A stretch of 64,000 bases of DNA from contig NC_086098.1 in the NCBI RefSeq assembly GCF_963921235.1, forward strand, positions 25,606,001 to 25,670,000, given 5' to 3'. Below are positions 38,181 to 52,035 of this stretch, piece after piece; the first letter of the stretch is position 1; every line of letters begins with the position of its first letter. The DNA is from Mobula hypostoma (taxonomy: Eukaryota). The notes below the pieces were generated by a model, which was not told the DNA's origin, made no database searches, and was given only the letters and a program-made list of their open reading frames with translations. The translations under genes and the position numbers were made by a program.

Positions 38181-40951
38181 GAGAAATTTGGGCCAAAATG
38201 TGTTGGTCACAATGTGTCCCAATTAACCAGAATCCACTGTATTTAAATTATCAATGTTTTGGATGCGGAGATGCTTTGATCCAAAAGGTTCTTCGGAAGT
38301 CAAAAATAAATCTTGAGATTACAGCTGTTGTATTAGGTTCTCATAACAATGAAAATAATGGAAATTCAACTTCCTCTACTGCAGAGAAAGAGAGAAAGGG
38401 AAGAAGAACAAAGAAAAAGAAAGAACAAAGTTGTTGTGGTTGTTTTATACTAAGAACTAGCTCAGACTAGAAAGACAAACCACATTCCAGTGATAATCAC
38501 TGATGAAATAGTCAGGTCATTGGCGTGATACAGGCTGCAGAGAAATTTTTAGAAGAATACAGAATCGGCTACACTACAATTACTGAAGATTCCCTGAACA
38601 ATTAAACACATAAAGGTGATTGTATAAAAATATACATAAGCATAAGTTAAACTGCAAGAAAAATGCAATAAAAATAAAAACACTACAGACTCACCAAACA
38701 AATCAACTGAAGACTCAGCAAAGTAACAGGAATCCCTGCCACACTCTTCTTACCTATCCAACTATAAACCAAGGCATTTTTTGTCATGGTTTCTATTATC
38801 ATCCCTCTTTCAGTCTTCACCTGATGTCTTAGCGATATCCAATAAAGACACTGAGAAAGTACTCACATATGCATCAATTATACCCAACTCTCTCCCTCTC
38901 CCCAACATATCTTTTAATTCCCTTAATTCTTTGCTCTTCATCCAATACAAGAAAAAAGTTTAAGGTCATTAGAAAGCTGAAACTACCATCTTCTTTCCCA
39001 TTTTTACCCCATAAATTTCCAACAAATTGTTTTCTTACAAATGATCATCATCTCAGGTTAAAACACATCTTAAGATGTATTTGGTAATTGAACTGAACTT
39101 CAAACTCATAACTTCTTTGTCATACAGCTCATATTCTCCTCTCCTACCTTGAGAAGAATGGGTGCTTCGACTTAGCTGAAAACCTTGTGTTACTTTTCAG
39201 CCTTCGCTCTTCAAAACCCTTTTATCATCCAATTGGCTTTCCCACATGAGTCTATTCATTATTTATATCTGTCCTTGTTCTGTGCTGGCTCGCAGTCCTT
39301 CCATCTCTGTACTCAGATCCCATCAGTTTCAGATTACTGTATTCAATGCCTCATTGACGCTCATGTCACTGGATATTAAATCTTAACATGCAAATTTCCT
39401 GTTCACTTCCTTAACACTCTAGAAAACTCAGCTCTTTCACCCAATTTTTGATTATCCTTCCCCTTTGGCTTCCATTTCTGTGCACTGAAGCCACCTTAAA
39501 CTTAATCTTGTACACTGAAGATAAAATATAAACATAACTTGCTGTTGTCTGTTGACATGTTCCATTTGGGTAAACCACAGCTCTAGGATTAAACATTTCT
39601 GGGAATTCATAGCAAAAAGAATATAAAGAGAACTTAAAGTGGACCTAAAATGTGGGGCTGGGTTTGACAACAGACATGATATGATCAGAACTGTTTCCTT
39701 TCATTAATCATTGGGATATTTATCTCAGACACTGTCACACTCACAGGGTCATTCCGTTCAGCCAAAATCTCAACCATTTTGGACAAGTGACAGTACAACC
39801 CCACCAATGTACATGATGATAATGCCATGGAGTTTCCTAGCATCAGGTAAAGCAAGGATGAGGAAATCATCCATCCTTCCTCAGCACACCTACTAAATTT
39901 TCAAAGGAAACTCTTAAGGGAAGCATGGGCACAGAATGTATCCATCAATGTAAAATATGTCGGGAGTGTCAGTTCCCTGACTGAACTGACTAAGACCTGA
40001 AAGATACAACTGCCAGACTGAGACTGTGGTAGATTACAAGAGAAGAATTATGACAGAAAAAAAAATCTATTTGATACAGTCCTCACAAATCTTTCTATTG
40101 TAAATGCATCTGTCCATGAGGCAATGGAAGAATTGGGACGCCTTTAAAACAGGAAGTGTTTCAGCTGAAATCTAGAACTCCATGACAGTGAAAGATAGGA
40201 AAATTAAAGAAATTAGAGCTGCTTAATGATCAAAAAGTTAGAAACTAGATACAGTAAAAATAAAATAAAAATGAAAACCAGGCCATGGGAGGAGGCTCTT
40301 GCATAATTTTCCAAACTTGCGTACATTCAGGATGCTGCATCCTTTGTCCATTTTGCTCAAGTGACAGTACAACCCTCCCTAGTTGCAAAATGGCAAAGGT
40401 GACACTTGTTCAAAATGGTGGGGGTGTGGATATTCCCAATAATTACAGACCAGAAACCAAATGGACACTTGTGGTGGAGTCTGTTTCAGAAACAATAACT
40501 AGGGACACAATTATCAAGGACATGGACACACATGCATTGAGTAGGAAAAGTGACCACGAATTTGCTAAAAGTACATGAGTTCAATTAACTTACTGGAGCT
40601 TCCTAAAGGTCAAAGAGAAAAGATTAAGGAGGAAAACCAAATAAAGTGGTACATTTCCAAAAGATGTTGGTCAAAATGCTAGATAACAACCTTGATATTT
40701 CTCAAAATTTCTTCGACACAGGAGGGCTTTTGGTGTGTCATGTAAATGCCACCTCTAAGAGCATGTCCATCAGCTCCATTGCACCACAGTACCCTATAGG
40801 CTAACTGCTCTCACTTCCTCATCAATTCCAACTACCCTGGCATGCACTGACTCTACTGTTAACACAAAATACTCTGCAGATGCTGGGGTCAAAGCAACAC
40901 TCACAATACGCTGGAGGAACTCAGCAGGTCGGGCAGCATCCATGGAAACGA

Positions 40952-40991
40952 TCAGTCAACGTTTCAGGCCGGAACCCTTCGTCAGGACTGA
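40952..40991 (-). ncRNA. Minimal type-I hammerhead ribozyme motif (Penelope-associated), intact core
   Basis: Minus strand reads TCAGTC-CTGACGA-AGG-gttccgg-CCT-GAAAC-GTT^GACTGA. Confidence 0.75.
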
Positions 40992-41910
40992 AGAGGGAAG
41001 GGGCAGAGGCCCTATGAAGAAGGTGGGGGGAGGATGGGAAGGAGAAGGCTGGTAGGTTCCAGGTGAAAAACCAGTAAGGGGAAAGATAAAGGGCTGGGAG
41101 AGGGGAGGCAGGGAGGTGATAGGCAGGAAAGGTGAAGGAATAGTGGAAAACACAATGGGTAGTAGAAGGAGGCGGAACCATGAGAGAGGTGATAGGCAGC
41201 TGGGGGAGGGGGCAGAGTGAAATAAAGATAGAGGAAGGAAGGGGGAGGGAATTACCGGAAGTTGGAAAATTCTACGTTTATACCAAGTGGCTGAAGACTA
41301 CCTAGACAGTATATGAGGTGTTGCTTCTCTGACCTGAGTTTAGCCTCATCATGGCAGTTGAGGAGGCCATGTTGGGGTCATCTATTGCATCCAGTGCTCC
41401 CAGTGCGGCCTCCTCTACATCGGTGAAACCTGACGTAGATTGGGGGACCGCTTCGTCAAGCACCTCCGCTCCATCCGCCAAAACAGACAGGATCTCCCAA
41501 TAGCCACCCACTTCAACTCTGCTTCACATTCCCATTCAGATATGTCCATACTGCCATGATGAGGCTAAACTCAGGTTGGAGGAGCAACACCTCATATATC
41601 GTCTAGGTAGTCTCCAGCCCCTTGATATGAACATAGAATTCTCCAACTTCCGCTAATTCCCTCCCCCTCCCTTCCCCTATCCCTATTTCACTCTGCCCCC
41701 TCTCCCAGCTGCCTATCACCTCCCTCATGGTCCCGCCTCCTTCTACTATCCATTGTATTTTCCCCTATTCCTTCTTCACCTTTCCTGCATATCACCTCCC
41801 TGCTTCCACGCCCCCACCCCTTTATCTTTCCCCTTCCTGGTTTTTCACCTGGAACCTACCAGCCTTCTCCTTCCCACCTTCTTTATAGGGCCTCTGCCCC
41901 TTCCCTCTTC

Positions 41911-41946
41911 AGTCCTGACGAAGGGTTCTGGCCCGAAACATTGACT
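41911..41946 (+). ncRNA. Second hammerhead motif (stem III damaged)
   Basis: AGTC-CTGACGA-A-GGG-ttctgg-CCC-GAAAC-ATT-GACT; the ACGT palindrome has decayed to ACAT. Confidence 0.55.
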
Positions 41947-42144
41947 TGTTTCCATGGATGCTGCCCGACCTGCTGACTCCACTGTTTATCTATGTATTTA
42001 ACACAAATTGATTCCACAAATTAACAGGCTCTGCAACACCACAGACAGAAATTTGGCTAGATAACAGGAACTAGAGAATAATAGCAAAAAAGAAACACTT
42101 TTTCAGACTGGAGGGAACTATGCTGCTTTTAATAAGACCACTCA

Positions 42145-44705
42145 ACCATAAGATATAGGAGCAGAATTGGGCCATTTGCCCATCGAGTCTGATCCGCCAT
42201 TTCACTATAGCTGATCCATTTCCCTCTCAGTCCCAATTTCTTGCCTTTTCCCTGGATCCCTTCATGTCCTGACAAAGCAAGAATCTATCACCATCTGCCT
42301 TAAAAACACATAAAGAATTAGCCTCCACAGCTGCCTGTGGCAATGAATTCCAGAGATTCATCACTCACTGGCTAAAGAAATCCCTTCTCATCTCCATCTT
42401 AAAATGACACCCCTCTATTCTGAGGCTGTGTCCTCCGCTCCAGCACAAGGAGTCCCTTTGCACCTCATATTTTTGTATTTTCTCTCTATTTAGAAAATAG
42501 TCAACCCTTTCATTTCTTCTGCCAAGCTGCATGTCCATATACTTCCCGACACTGTATTCCACCCACCATTTCTTTGTTCATTCTCCTGTAGCCTCTCTAC
42601 CTGCCCCTCCACCTAGCTTCATATCGTCGGCAAAATTTGCAACAAAGCCATCAATTCCATCATCCAAATCAGTGACACATAATGTAAAAGGAATCAGTCC
42701 CAACAGACCCCTGTGGAACACCACTAGTCACTGGCAGCCAAACAGAAAAGGCTGCCTTTATTCCCACTCTTTGCCTCCTGCCAATCAGCCACTGCTTTAT
42801 CTATGCTAGAATATTCCCTGTAATACCATGGGCTGGTAGCTTGTTGAGCAGCAGTGTGTGTGGCCCCTTGTCAAAGGCCTTCTGAAAATCCAAGTACAAG
42901 TGTTACTCCTTTCCTTGTTATTTCTTCAAATTCTAACAAATTTGTCAGGCAAGTTTTTCCCTTGAGGAAATCATGCTGACTAAGGCCTATTTTATCATAT
43001 GCCTCCAAGTACACTGAAACCAGATTCTTAACAGTTGACCCAACATCTTCCCAAGCATTGAGGTCAAGACTAACTGACCAAAAAACTTTCTTTATTCTGC
43101 CTGACTTCCTTCTTGAAGAGTGGAGTGACATTTGCAGTTTTCCATTCTTCTGGAACCATTCCAGAATGTAGTGATTTTTTAAAAGATCACTACTAATGCC
43201 TCCACAATCTCTTCAGTCACCTCTTTCAGAACCCTGAGGTGTATACCATTTGGTCGAGGTAACTCAACTCCCTTCAGACCTTCCAGATTCCTAAGAACCT
43301 TCTCCCTAGTAATTATAACTTCACACACTTCATGACCCCTGACACCTGGAACTTCCACCATACTGCTGGTGCCTTCCACAGTGAAGACTGACGCAAAATA
43401 CTTACTCAGTTCATACGTCATTTTGTTGTTCCCCATTACTACCTCTCCAGCATCATTTTCCAGCAGTTTGATATCAACTCTCGCCTCGCTCTTACACTTA
43501 ATGTATCTGAAGAAACTTTTGACATCTTTTTCAGTATTATTGGCTAGCTTACTTTTGTATTCCATCTTCACCTTCATCACTGCGTTCTGTTGGTTTTTAA
43601 AAGCTTCCCAATCCTCTAACTTCCCATTAATTTTTGCATTATTATATCCCCTCCCTTTAGCTTTTATTCTGGCTTTGACTTTTCTTGTTAGCCATGGCTG
43701 TGTCATCTTGCGCCTTTAGAATACTACTTCCTGTTTGGGATGTACATATCCTGTGCCTTCCGTATTGCTTCCAAAGATTCCAACCATTGCTGCTCTGCCA
43801 TCATCCATGCCAGTGTTCTTTTCCAAACAAATTGGCCAAATCCTCTCTCAAGCCTCTGTAATTCCCTTTACTCCACTGTAATACTGATACATCTAACTCC
43901 AACTTCTCCTTCTCAAATTTCAGGGTGAATTGAATTATATTATGATCACTTGCCCCTTGGGATTCTTTTATCTTAAGCTCTCTAATCAATTCTGGTTCAT
44001 TGTACAACACCCAATCCAGAATAGCTGATCCCCTAGTGGGCTCAACCACCAGCTGCTCTAAAAAGCCATCTCATAGGCATTCTAGAAATACCCCCGCTTA
44101 GAATCCAGTACCAACCTCAATTTGCCAATCTACCTGCTATTGAAATCCCCCATGATTATTGTAACATTGCACTTTTGGAAAGCATTTTCTATCTCGTGTT
44201 GTAATTTGTAGACCACATCCTTACTACTGTTTTGGGGTCTGTACTTTTTACTTTTATAGTTCCTTAGCTCTATTCACAATTATTCAACATCTTCCAACCC
44301 AATGTCACTGCTTTCTAAGGAATTGATTTCATTTTTTACCAACAGAGCAAAGCCACTCTCTCTGCATTCCTGCCTGTCCTTTCGGTACAATGATATCCTT
44401 GGACATTAAACTCCCAGCTATGATCATCTTTCAGTCATGATTCAGTGATGCTTACAACATCATACATCTGTAACTGTGCCCCATTCATCTACCTTATTGT
44501 GTATACTGTGCACAATATAACACCTTAAATCCTGTATTCACCCTTTTTGATTTTGTCCACCTTTTACATTACAACTCATCCTGTTGACTGCAATTCTGCC
44601 CTATCAGCAGCCTCCCCTTGCAAGGAGGCTCACTACAAACTGCCTTTGTCTGTAAACCAACTACCTCATCTTCCACACCATCATTTTGATTCCCATCCCC
44701 CCTTC
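42145..44705 (-). mobile_element. CR1 LINE ORF2 part (EN to RT to 3' end, degenerate)
   Basis: PTRGSAILDWVL..SDHN (EN), PWLT, FASVFT, QHDFLKGKTCLTNLLEF motifs on the minus strand. Confidence 0.9.
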
Positions 44706-44714
44706 ATAATCACT

Positions 44715-46366
44715 TTGGCGATTGTAGGTATGACTTACAGCAGACTGAAAAGCTTGAGCATATAGATATTAAGAAAGAGGATGTGCTGGAGCTTTTGGAA
44801 AGCATCTAGTTGGATAAGTCACCGGAACCAGACGGGATGTACTCCAGTCTACTGTGGGAGGCCAGGGAGGAAATTGCTGAGCCTCTGGTGATGATCTTTG
44901 CATCATCAATGTAGACAAGAGAGGTTTCGGAGGATTGGAGGGTTGTGGATGTTGTTCCCCTATTCAAGAAAGGAAGCTGAAATAGCCCAGGAAATTATAG
45001 ACCAGTGAGTCTTACTTCAGTGGTTAGTAAGCTGACGGAAAAGATCCTGAGAGGCAGGATTTATGAACATTTGGAGAGGCAAAATATGATTAGGAATAGT
45101 CAGCATGGCCTTGTCAAAGGCAGGTCGTGCTTTACGAGCTTGATTGAATTTTTTGAGGATGTGACTAAACACATTGATGGAAGTAGTGCAGTAGATGTAG
45201 TGTATATGGATTTCAGCAAGGCATTTGACAAGGTACCCCATACAAGGCTTATTGAGAAAGTAAGGAGGCATGGGATCCAAGGGGACATTGCTTTGTGGAT
45301 CCAAAATTGGCTTGCCCACAGAAGGCAAAGTGTGGCTGTAGACGGGTCGTATTCTGCATGGAGGCCGGTGACCACTGGTGTGCCTCAGGGTTCTGTTCTG
45401 GGACCCCTACTCTTCGTGATTTTTATAAATGACCTGGATGAGAAAGTGGAGGGATGGGGTAGTAAATTTGCTGATGACACAAAGGTTGGGGATGTTGTGG
45501 ATAGTGTGGAGGGCTGTCAGAAGTTACAATGGGACATTGATAGGACATTGATAGGATGCAAAACTGGGCTAAGAAGTGGCAGATGGAGTTCAACCTAGAT
45601 AAGTGTGAGGTGGTTCATTTTGGTAGGTCAAATATGATGGCAGAATATAGTATTAATGGTAAGACTCTTGGCAGTGTGGAGGATCAGAGGGATTTTGGGG
45701 TCCAAGTCCATGTCCACAGGATATTCAAAGCAGCTGTGCAGGTTGACTCTATGGTTAAGAAAGCATACGGTGCATTGGCCTTCATCAATCATGGGACTGA
45801 GTTTAGGAGCCGAAAGGTAATGTTGCAGCTATATAGGACCCTGGTCAGACCCCACTTGCAGTACTGTGCTCAGTTCTGGTTGCCTCACTACAGGAAGGAT
45901 GTGGAAACCATAGAAAGGGTGCAGAGGAGATTTAGAAGGCCTGGATTGGGGGGCATGCGTGAATAGGTTGCGTGAACTTAGCCTTTTCTCCTTGGAGCAA
46001 TGGAGGATGAGAGGTGACCTCATAGAGGTGTACAAGATGATGAGAGGCATTGATCATGTGGATAGTCAGAGGCTTTTTCCCCCAGGGCTGAAATGGCTAA
46101 CACGAGGGGGCACAGAGGAGATGTCAGGGGTAAGTTTGTTTGTTGTTGTTTTTTTTTTACGCAGAGAGTGGTGAGTGCATGGAATGGGCTGCCAGCGACG
46201 GTGGTGGAGGCAGATACGGTAGGGTCTTTTAAGAGACACCTGGATAGATACATGGAGCTTAGAAAAGTACAGGGCTATGGGTAACCCTAGGTAAGTAAGA
46301 ACATGTTCGGCACAGCTTTGTGGGCTGAAGGGCCTGTATTATGCTGTAGGTTTTCTATGTTTCTAT
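44715..46366 (+). mobile_element. Second CR1 (5'-truncated) nested in the minus-strand CR1
   Basis: [26 protein letters not shown]; tail tttctatgtttcta; the flanks rejoin the host ORF1/ORF2 junction (tcccatcccc..agtttaaac). Confidence 0.92.
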
Positions 46367-46367
46367 A

Positions 46368-47790
46368 AATGAGTTTAAACCCACCCAAACAACTCTAGCC
46401 AACTTGCCCGCAAGAATATCAGATCCCCTGGGCTTCAGGTCTAACACGTCCTTTTGTACAGCTCATAGCTTCCCCAGAAGGGATCCCAATGGTCCAAAGA
46501 TCTGAACCCCTGCCCTCGCACCAGTTCCTCAGCCATGCACTCACCTGCCAAATCATCCTATTCTTACCCTCACTGGCACATGGCACAAGCAGCAATCCAG
46601 AGATTACTACCCTGGAGCTCCTGTTTCTCAGCTTTCTGCCTAGCTCCTTAAAATCTCTCTTCAGGACCTCCTCACCTTGTCTACCTATGTCATTGGTGCC
46701 AATATGTACCAAGACTTCTGGCTGCTCACCCTTGCCCTTGAGAATGCCATGGACATGATCCGAGACATCCCTGATCCTGGCACCAGGGAAGCAACATGCC
46801 ATCCGGTGAATCTATTGCTCCCACAGAACCTTGTCTCTGTTCCTCTGACTAAGGAATCTCTTACCAACACTGCAGTCCTCTTCACCTCTTTGCACTTCTG
46901 GGCCACAGCACCAGACTCAGTGCCAGAGACTCAGTTACTGTGGCTTCCCCTGGGAGGTCATCCCCCTCAACAATATCTAAAGTTGTATTATTATTATTGA
47001 GGGGACAGCCGCAAGTGTACTCTGCACTGGCTTTGCATTTCCCCTTCATCTCCTGACAGTAACCCAGTTATCTGTCTCTTGTAATCGGGGGATGACTACC
47101 TCCCTGTAGCTCCTGTCTATCACTTCCTCATTCTTCCGTATGAGTTGAAGGTCATCGAGCTGCAGCTCCAGTTCCTTAATATTTCCTCTCAGGAGCTACA
47201 ACTTGGTAACCTGGTACAAATGAGACCTCCAGTCTCCCAGACTTCCCACATCCCACATACAGTACAAAACGCTGCCCCTGGAGCCATTCTCACTGAACTA
47301 CTATGCCCTAACAGATGAAGAATGAACAAGTAACAGCAGAGAGAGAGTAACTTCAAGACATTTCACCTCACCTCAAGTCTAATGAGCCGAAGCCACTCTG
47401 AAGACTGGTACACTAAAAAGAATGGCCGCACCACTAGCACCTGAATTATTTTTATTGGCGCTTTCAAATGAATCCCTCGTTAATTGGTCGCTTCGCAACT
47501 CAGAGAAACTACCAAGAAACTCTGCCTTCAAAATCTCAATCACCCCCCCGCCCCCGATTAAAAGGTAGCTCTCTTTACGCACCACCTACATCGATCATCC
47601 AACTCAGAGAAAACTGTCGCAAAGCTCTGCTTTTTAAACCTTTGAATTGCAGGCATGACTGAGAGGTAGCTTTTTTTATGCACTGCCTCTTACTAATAGG
47701 TCGCTCCTCAACTCAGAGTAACTGCTGTAAAACTCTGCTTTTCAAACCTCCATCGTGGTCCTGATTAAAAGGTAGCTCTTTTTACACAAC
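46368..47790 (-). mobile_element. ORF1 (SGNH esterase) and 5' region of the host CR1
   Basis: DSLVRGT..CCFPGARIRDV..VHIGTNDIG..SRVVISGLL; upstream diverged ~100-bp monomers at ~47485-47790; 5' boundary uncertain. Confidence 0.8.
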
Positions 47791-49157
47791 CCTGACATTA
47801 ATGCATATTAAAGGCGAACTAAGCCCAATTTCAAATCTGTGGATACAAAAACTTGGGTATAATGCACAGTGAAGAGAACAGTAATAGATTTCGCAGAGAT
47901 ATCCAAGCTAATGGACAGATGACAGATGAAACTTATTTTGAGAAACAGTCTTTAGTTGAAAAAAAATGAGGAGATGTAATATAAAATAAAAAGCACAATT
48001 TTGAAAGGAAAACAACCAAAATCTGTGAGCCTACAAGCGTTGTAATCGAAAACCCTAGCACAGAATGAGATAATGGTTAACAAAAGCAAACCGAATACCA
48101 GACCTTATAACTGGAGGCACAGAGACATAAAACACTGGTTTGCCCATGACTGCAGTATGGTGCTCAGTTCCAGGCTATAAACTTTAGCAGCGATGTGATG
48201 GCTTTAGAGTGGACAAATAGCTGCACATTTTATCCAAATAAAACAGGAGAACAGCAGGAAGGTGAAAAGAGAAACGAAAGATCTCATCTAAATATAATCT
48301 ACAGGCAGCTTGTGCACACTGCATCTCCTTTATCTATTCTTCCTCCAATTAGCAACACAAGACAATAATTTCTGTGATTACTGCTGATAGTCAACAGTTA
48401 AATATAAAATAACAATACTTCCAAGGAAATTTAACATTAAATAATACTTTGGCTTCTATGTAGACTCCTCGGAGAATCAGGGTACAATATGCATCAGTAA
48501 CATTAAGGCATTTCATTGGCCATTGGAGTGGGCTCACAGAGCTTATTTTTTTAATTTTTTTCCTCTCCCAATAACCTTTGTTTCAGTTGTACTTCCTTTG
48601 TGTCAGTTTGTAAATTTAGAGATCTGTTAGGTGAACAAATTTTCTAGCATTTTACTGACAAAAGAGAAATCAAATCGGGGTCATTTTCATTTTAACCACT
48701 GGATAAATAGGAGGGAATTTATAGAAAATAGTCAGTTTTCTTTCTGATTAAGAAAGTTAAACACTTACATCTAACAAAAGTAGCAATTTTATTTTCCCCA
48801 TTTTGACCCAGCAATTCAAGTTAAATCCACTTCATGTTTCTGAAATTAATCAGTCTAAAGGGCAAGACTGACATGTGGCAGCAAAAAAACAGAAATGCTA
48901 AAAGTACTCAGTAGGTCATGGTTGCATCTATTGGAAGAGAAACAGGGCTAATCTTTCAAGTCAAAGTTTTTTTAGATTTCAAATATTTGCAGGTTTTGTT
49001 TTGATTTTCAGAACCAACCTTGGAATAGTGACTATTCCATTAATTGGTCATTAAATTGATTTGGACTTAGCCCTTTTTTAAAAAAAACCCCATTCCTATC
49101 CTCCATATATAAATATTCATTTATAAATTGTTTGCATCAAAAACATCAACATTTTCA

Positions 49158-49290
49158 GAAACACAAGAAATTCTGCAGATGATGGAAATCCAAAGCAAAA
49201 CACAAAATGCTGGAGGAACTCAGCAGGTCAGCAGTGTCCATGCAAATAAACAGTCAACATTTCAGGCCGAGACCCTTCTGCAGGACTGAT
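49158..49290 (-). mobile_element. Penelope terminal fragment with a mutated hammerhead
   Basis: Minus strand cagtcCTGCAGAagggtctcggcctGAAAtgttgactg. Confidence 0.75.
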
Positions 49291-49503
49291 CGTGTTGAGA
49301 TGATTTTCCTCCACAGCGGAGTAATTAGTTCATTTCAGCCAGTATTTAATTTAAATAATTTAAATCAATTAATATGAATATTAATGTTATTATTCACTTT
49401 TTTTCCCACATAAACCTCTATTTCCTCATTCTGGAGTGTTTTTTAAAAACTTATAATTGGTTTTGTTTTAAAGACAAATCAGCTCTAAATTTTTGCACTT
49501 AAG

Positions 49504-50261
49504 TAGGACCAACCAGGGTAGGTCTTATACAGTGAATGGTCGGCCACTGAGGAGTGTGATAGAACAAAGGATCTGGGAATACACTGAAAGTGGCGTCACA
49601 GGTAGATAGGGTCTTAAAGAAAGCTTAAGGCACATTGGCCTTCATTGATAAAAGTATTGAGTACAAGACATAGGATGTTATGTTGAAGTTGTATAAGACA
49701 TTGGTAAGGAGTAATTTGTAGTATTGTGTGCAGTTTTGGTCACCTACCTACAGGAAAGATGTAAATAAAGTTGAAACAATACAGACAAAATTTACAAGGA
49801 TACTACAGGATCTGGAGGACATGAGTTATAAGGAAAGACTGAATAGGTTAGGACTCTATTCTTTAGTACGTAGAAGACTGAGAGGAGATTTGATAGAGGT
49901 ATACAAAATTACGAGGGGAATAGGTAGGGCAAGTCCAAACAGGCTTTTTCCACTGAGGTTAGGTGGGACTACAACCAGATGTCATGGCTTAAGGGCAAAA
50001 AGTGAAAGCTTAAGGAGAACATGAGGGGAAACTTCTTCACTCAGAGGGTCATGAGAGTGTGAAATGAGCTGCCACTGCAAGCGGTGTATGTAAGCTTGAT
50101 TTCAACGTTTAAGGGAAGTTTGGAGAGGTAAACAGATAGTAGGGGTATGGAGGGCTATGGTCCTGGTGCAGGTTGATGGGAGTTGGAAGTTTCAATGGTT
50201 TTGGCATGGACTAGATGGGCCAAAGGTCCTGTTTCTGTGGTGTACTTCTCTATGACTCTAA
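49504..50261 (+). mobile_element. CR1 3' fragment (same subfamily as 10555-11141)
   Basis: QFWSPTYRKDVNK..RRRLRGDLIEVYK; tail ttctctatgactcta. Confidence 0.9.
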
Positions 50262-51099
50262 TGGAGTAAAAAAAAAAGCACCAAAGGACTCAAATCAAAT
50301 GAAGTATTTAGGCACTAAGTACATTGTGACAATATAAGTTCTCTTCAGTTTTTAAACAGATGATCATGAACTTTTCTTTCAAGCTAAAAATCACTAACAT
50401 TAATATGTCACTTTCTTTTTCAGCTTTTGCAATTTTTATCTGATAACCTGCTTAATTCAGGTCCTGGTTCCTGAGGTAGCACACAATAGTTCTTCTAAAG
50501 GCAAATCAACTGAACATAAACCAGTAACATTTTATATTTGTACTTGCAGGAGTTCCTGCCTTGTTTAGATTGTCAAAACTGCTACCACCGTCATGATCAG
50601 TCTGGCATCCACTTACATGCAGATTGGACCCACTGCTAAATTGGCACCTGCACCAAACTGGCACAGGTTAGTCCATGACTTGTCACCTCCTTTTGGGCAC
50701 AAGGCAAACAACTTTAGAAAATCAATAGCAAAACTAAAAATAAGAATTCAATCTTATTTACATCCCCTGGACCTCATGGCACACACTTGCAAAATCATTT
50801 AGTATTTGTACAAGAAGGACCTGACGTGAAAAACAAGCCCTAGGTTTATAAACAATTTTCTTGTGTGAATGTTTAACACGTCTGTAATCTGAAAAATGTG
50901 TAGCCCTAGGTCAAGCAACCGTCACATCTTTGTAAACTACTTTTATATACACACAGGGTACTTTCTAAAAAGAAAATCGCAAGTTCTACTAAAAAATCAG
51001 TTTAAAGTTAAAGATATATGTGTAATGTTCCTCCTCCATCACCAAGGTCACCATAGTTGACATCTAAGGATATGAAAGGCATATGACTTCTTACTTTTA

Positions 51100-51363
<264 letters not shown>

Positions 51364-51437
51364 TTAAAATGGGTGCAAATTGGTTAGAAGTGCTTTACTT
51401 CTAAGATGCCAAACTCTATTTGTATTTAATAACTTCA

Positions 51438-51722
<285 letters not shown>

Positions 51723-52035
51723 TTAAAAAAAATCGACTTCAATAATAATAGAAAAATAAACGCAAATGAAGAGATAAAAAGGGTATAATAGGCAAAAGAA
51801 AAGCCCCTTTGCAATCTGCGACAGGCGTTTCCCGAACACAATGGCTGCGTTTGGAATTTGTCAACATCACCTTTCCCAGCGAAATGGGGCCCAAAAGAAC
51901 TGACTCTCAGTGCCCCAAATATTCGGGTCGTCTTGTCATCTTGTTGCATTAACACAAATTAATGTACCTCCCCCCCTCCTCACCTACACCCCCAGCCCAT
52001 CTCCGCAACGCACCGAAACAAAAGCGGAAGCCTAC

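Larger units (their letters stand above)
40861..41972. mobile_element. Penelope insertion in inverted (tail-out) configuration with a 14-bp TSD
   Basis: Minus arm ~40861-41370, plus arm ~41372-41972 containing GIY-YIG remnant IYC..LYIG; TSD ctgactctactgtt (40847-40860) / ctgactccactgtt (41973-41986). Confidence 0.9.
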
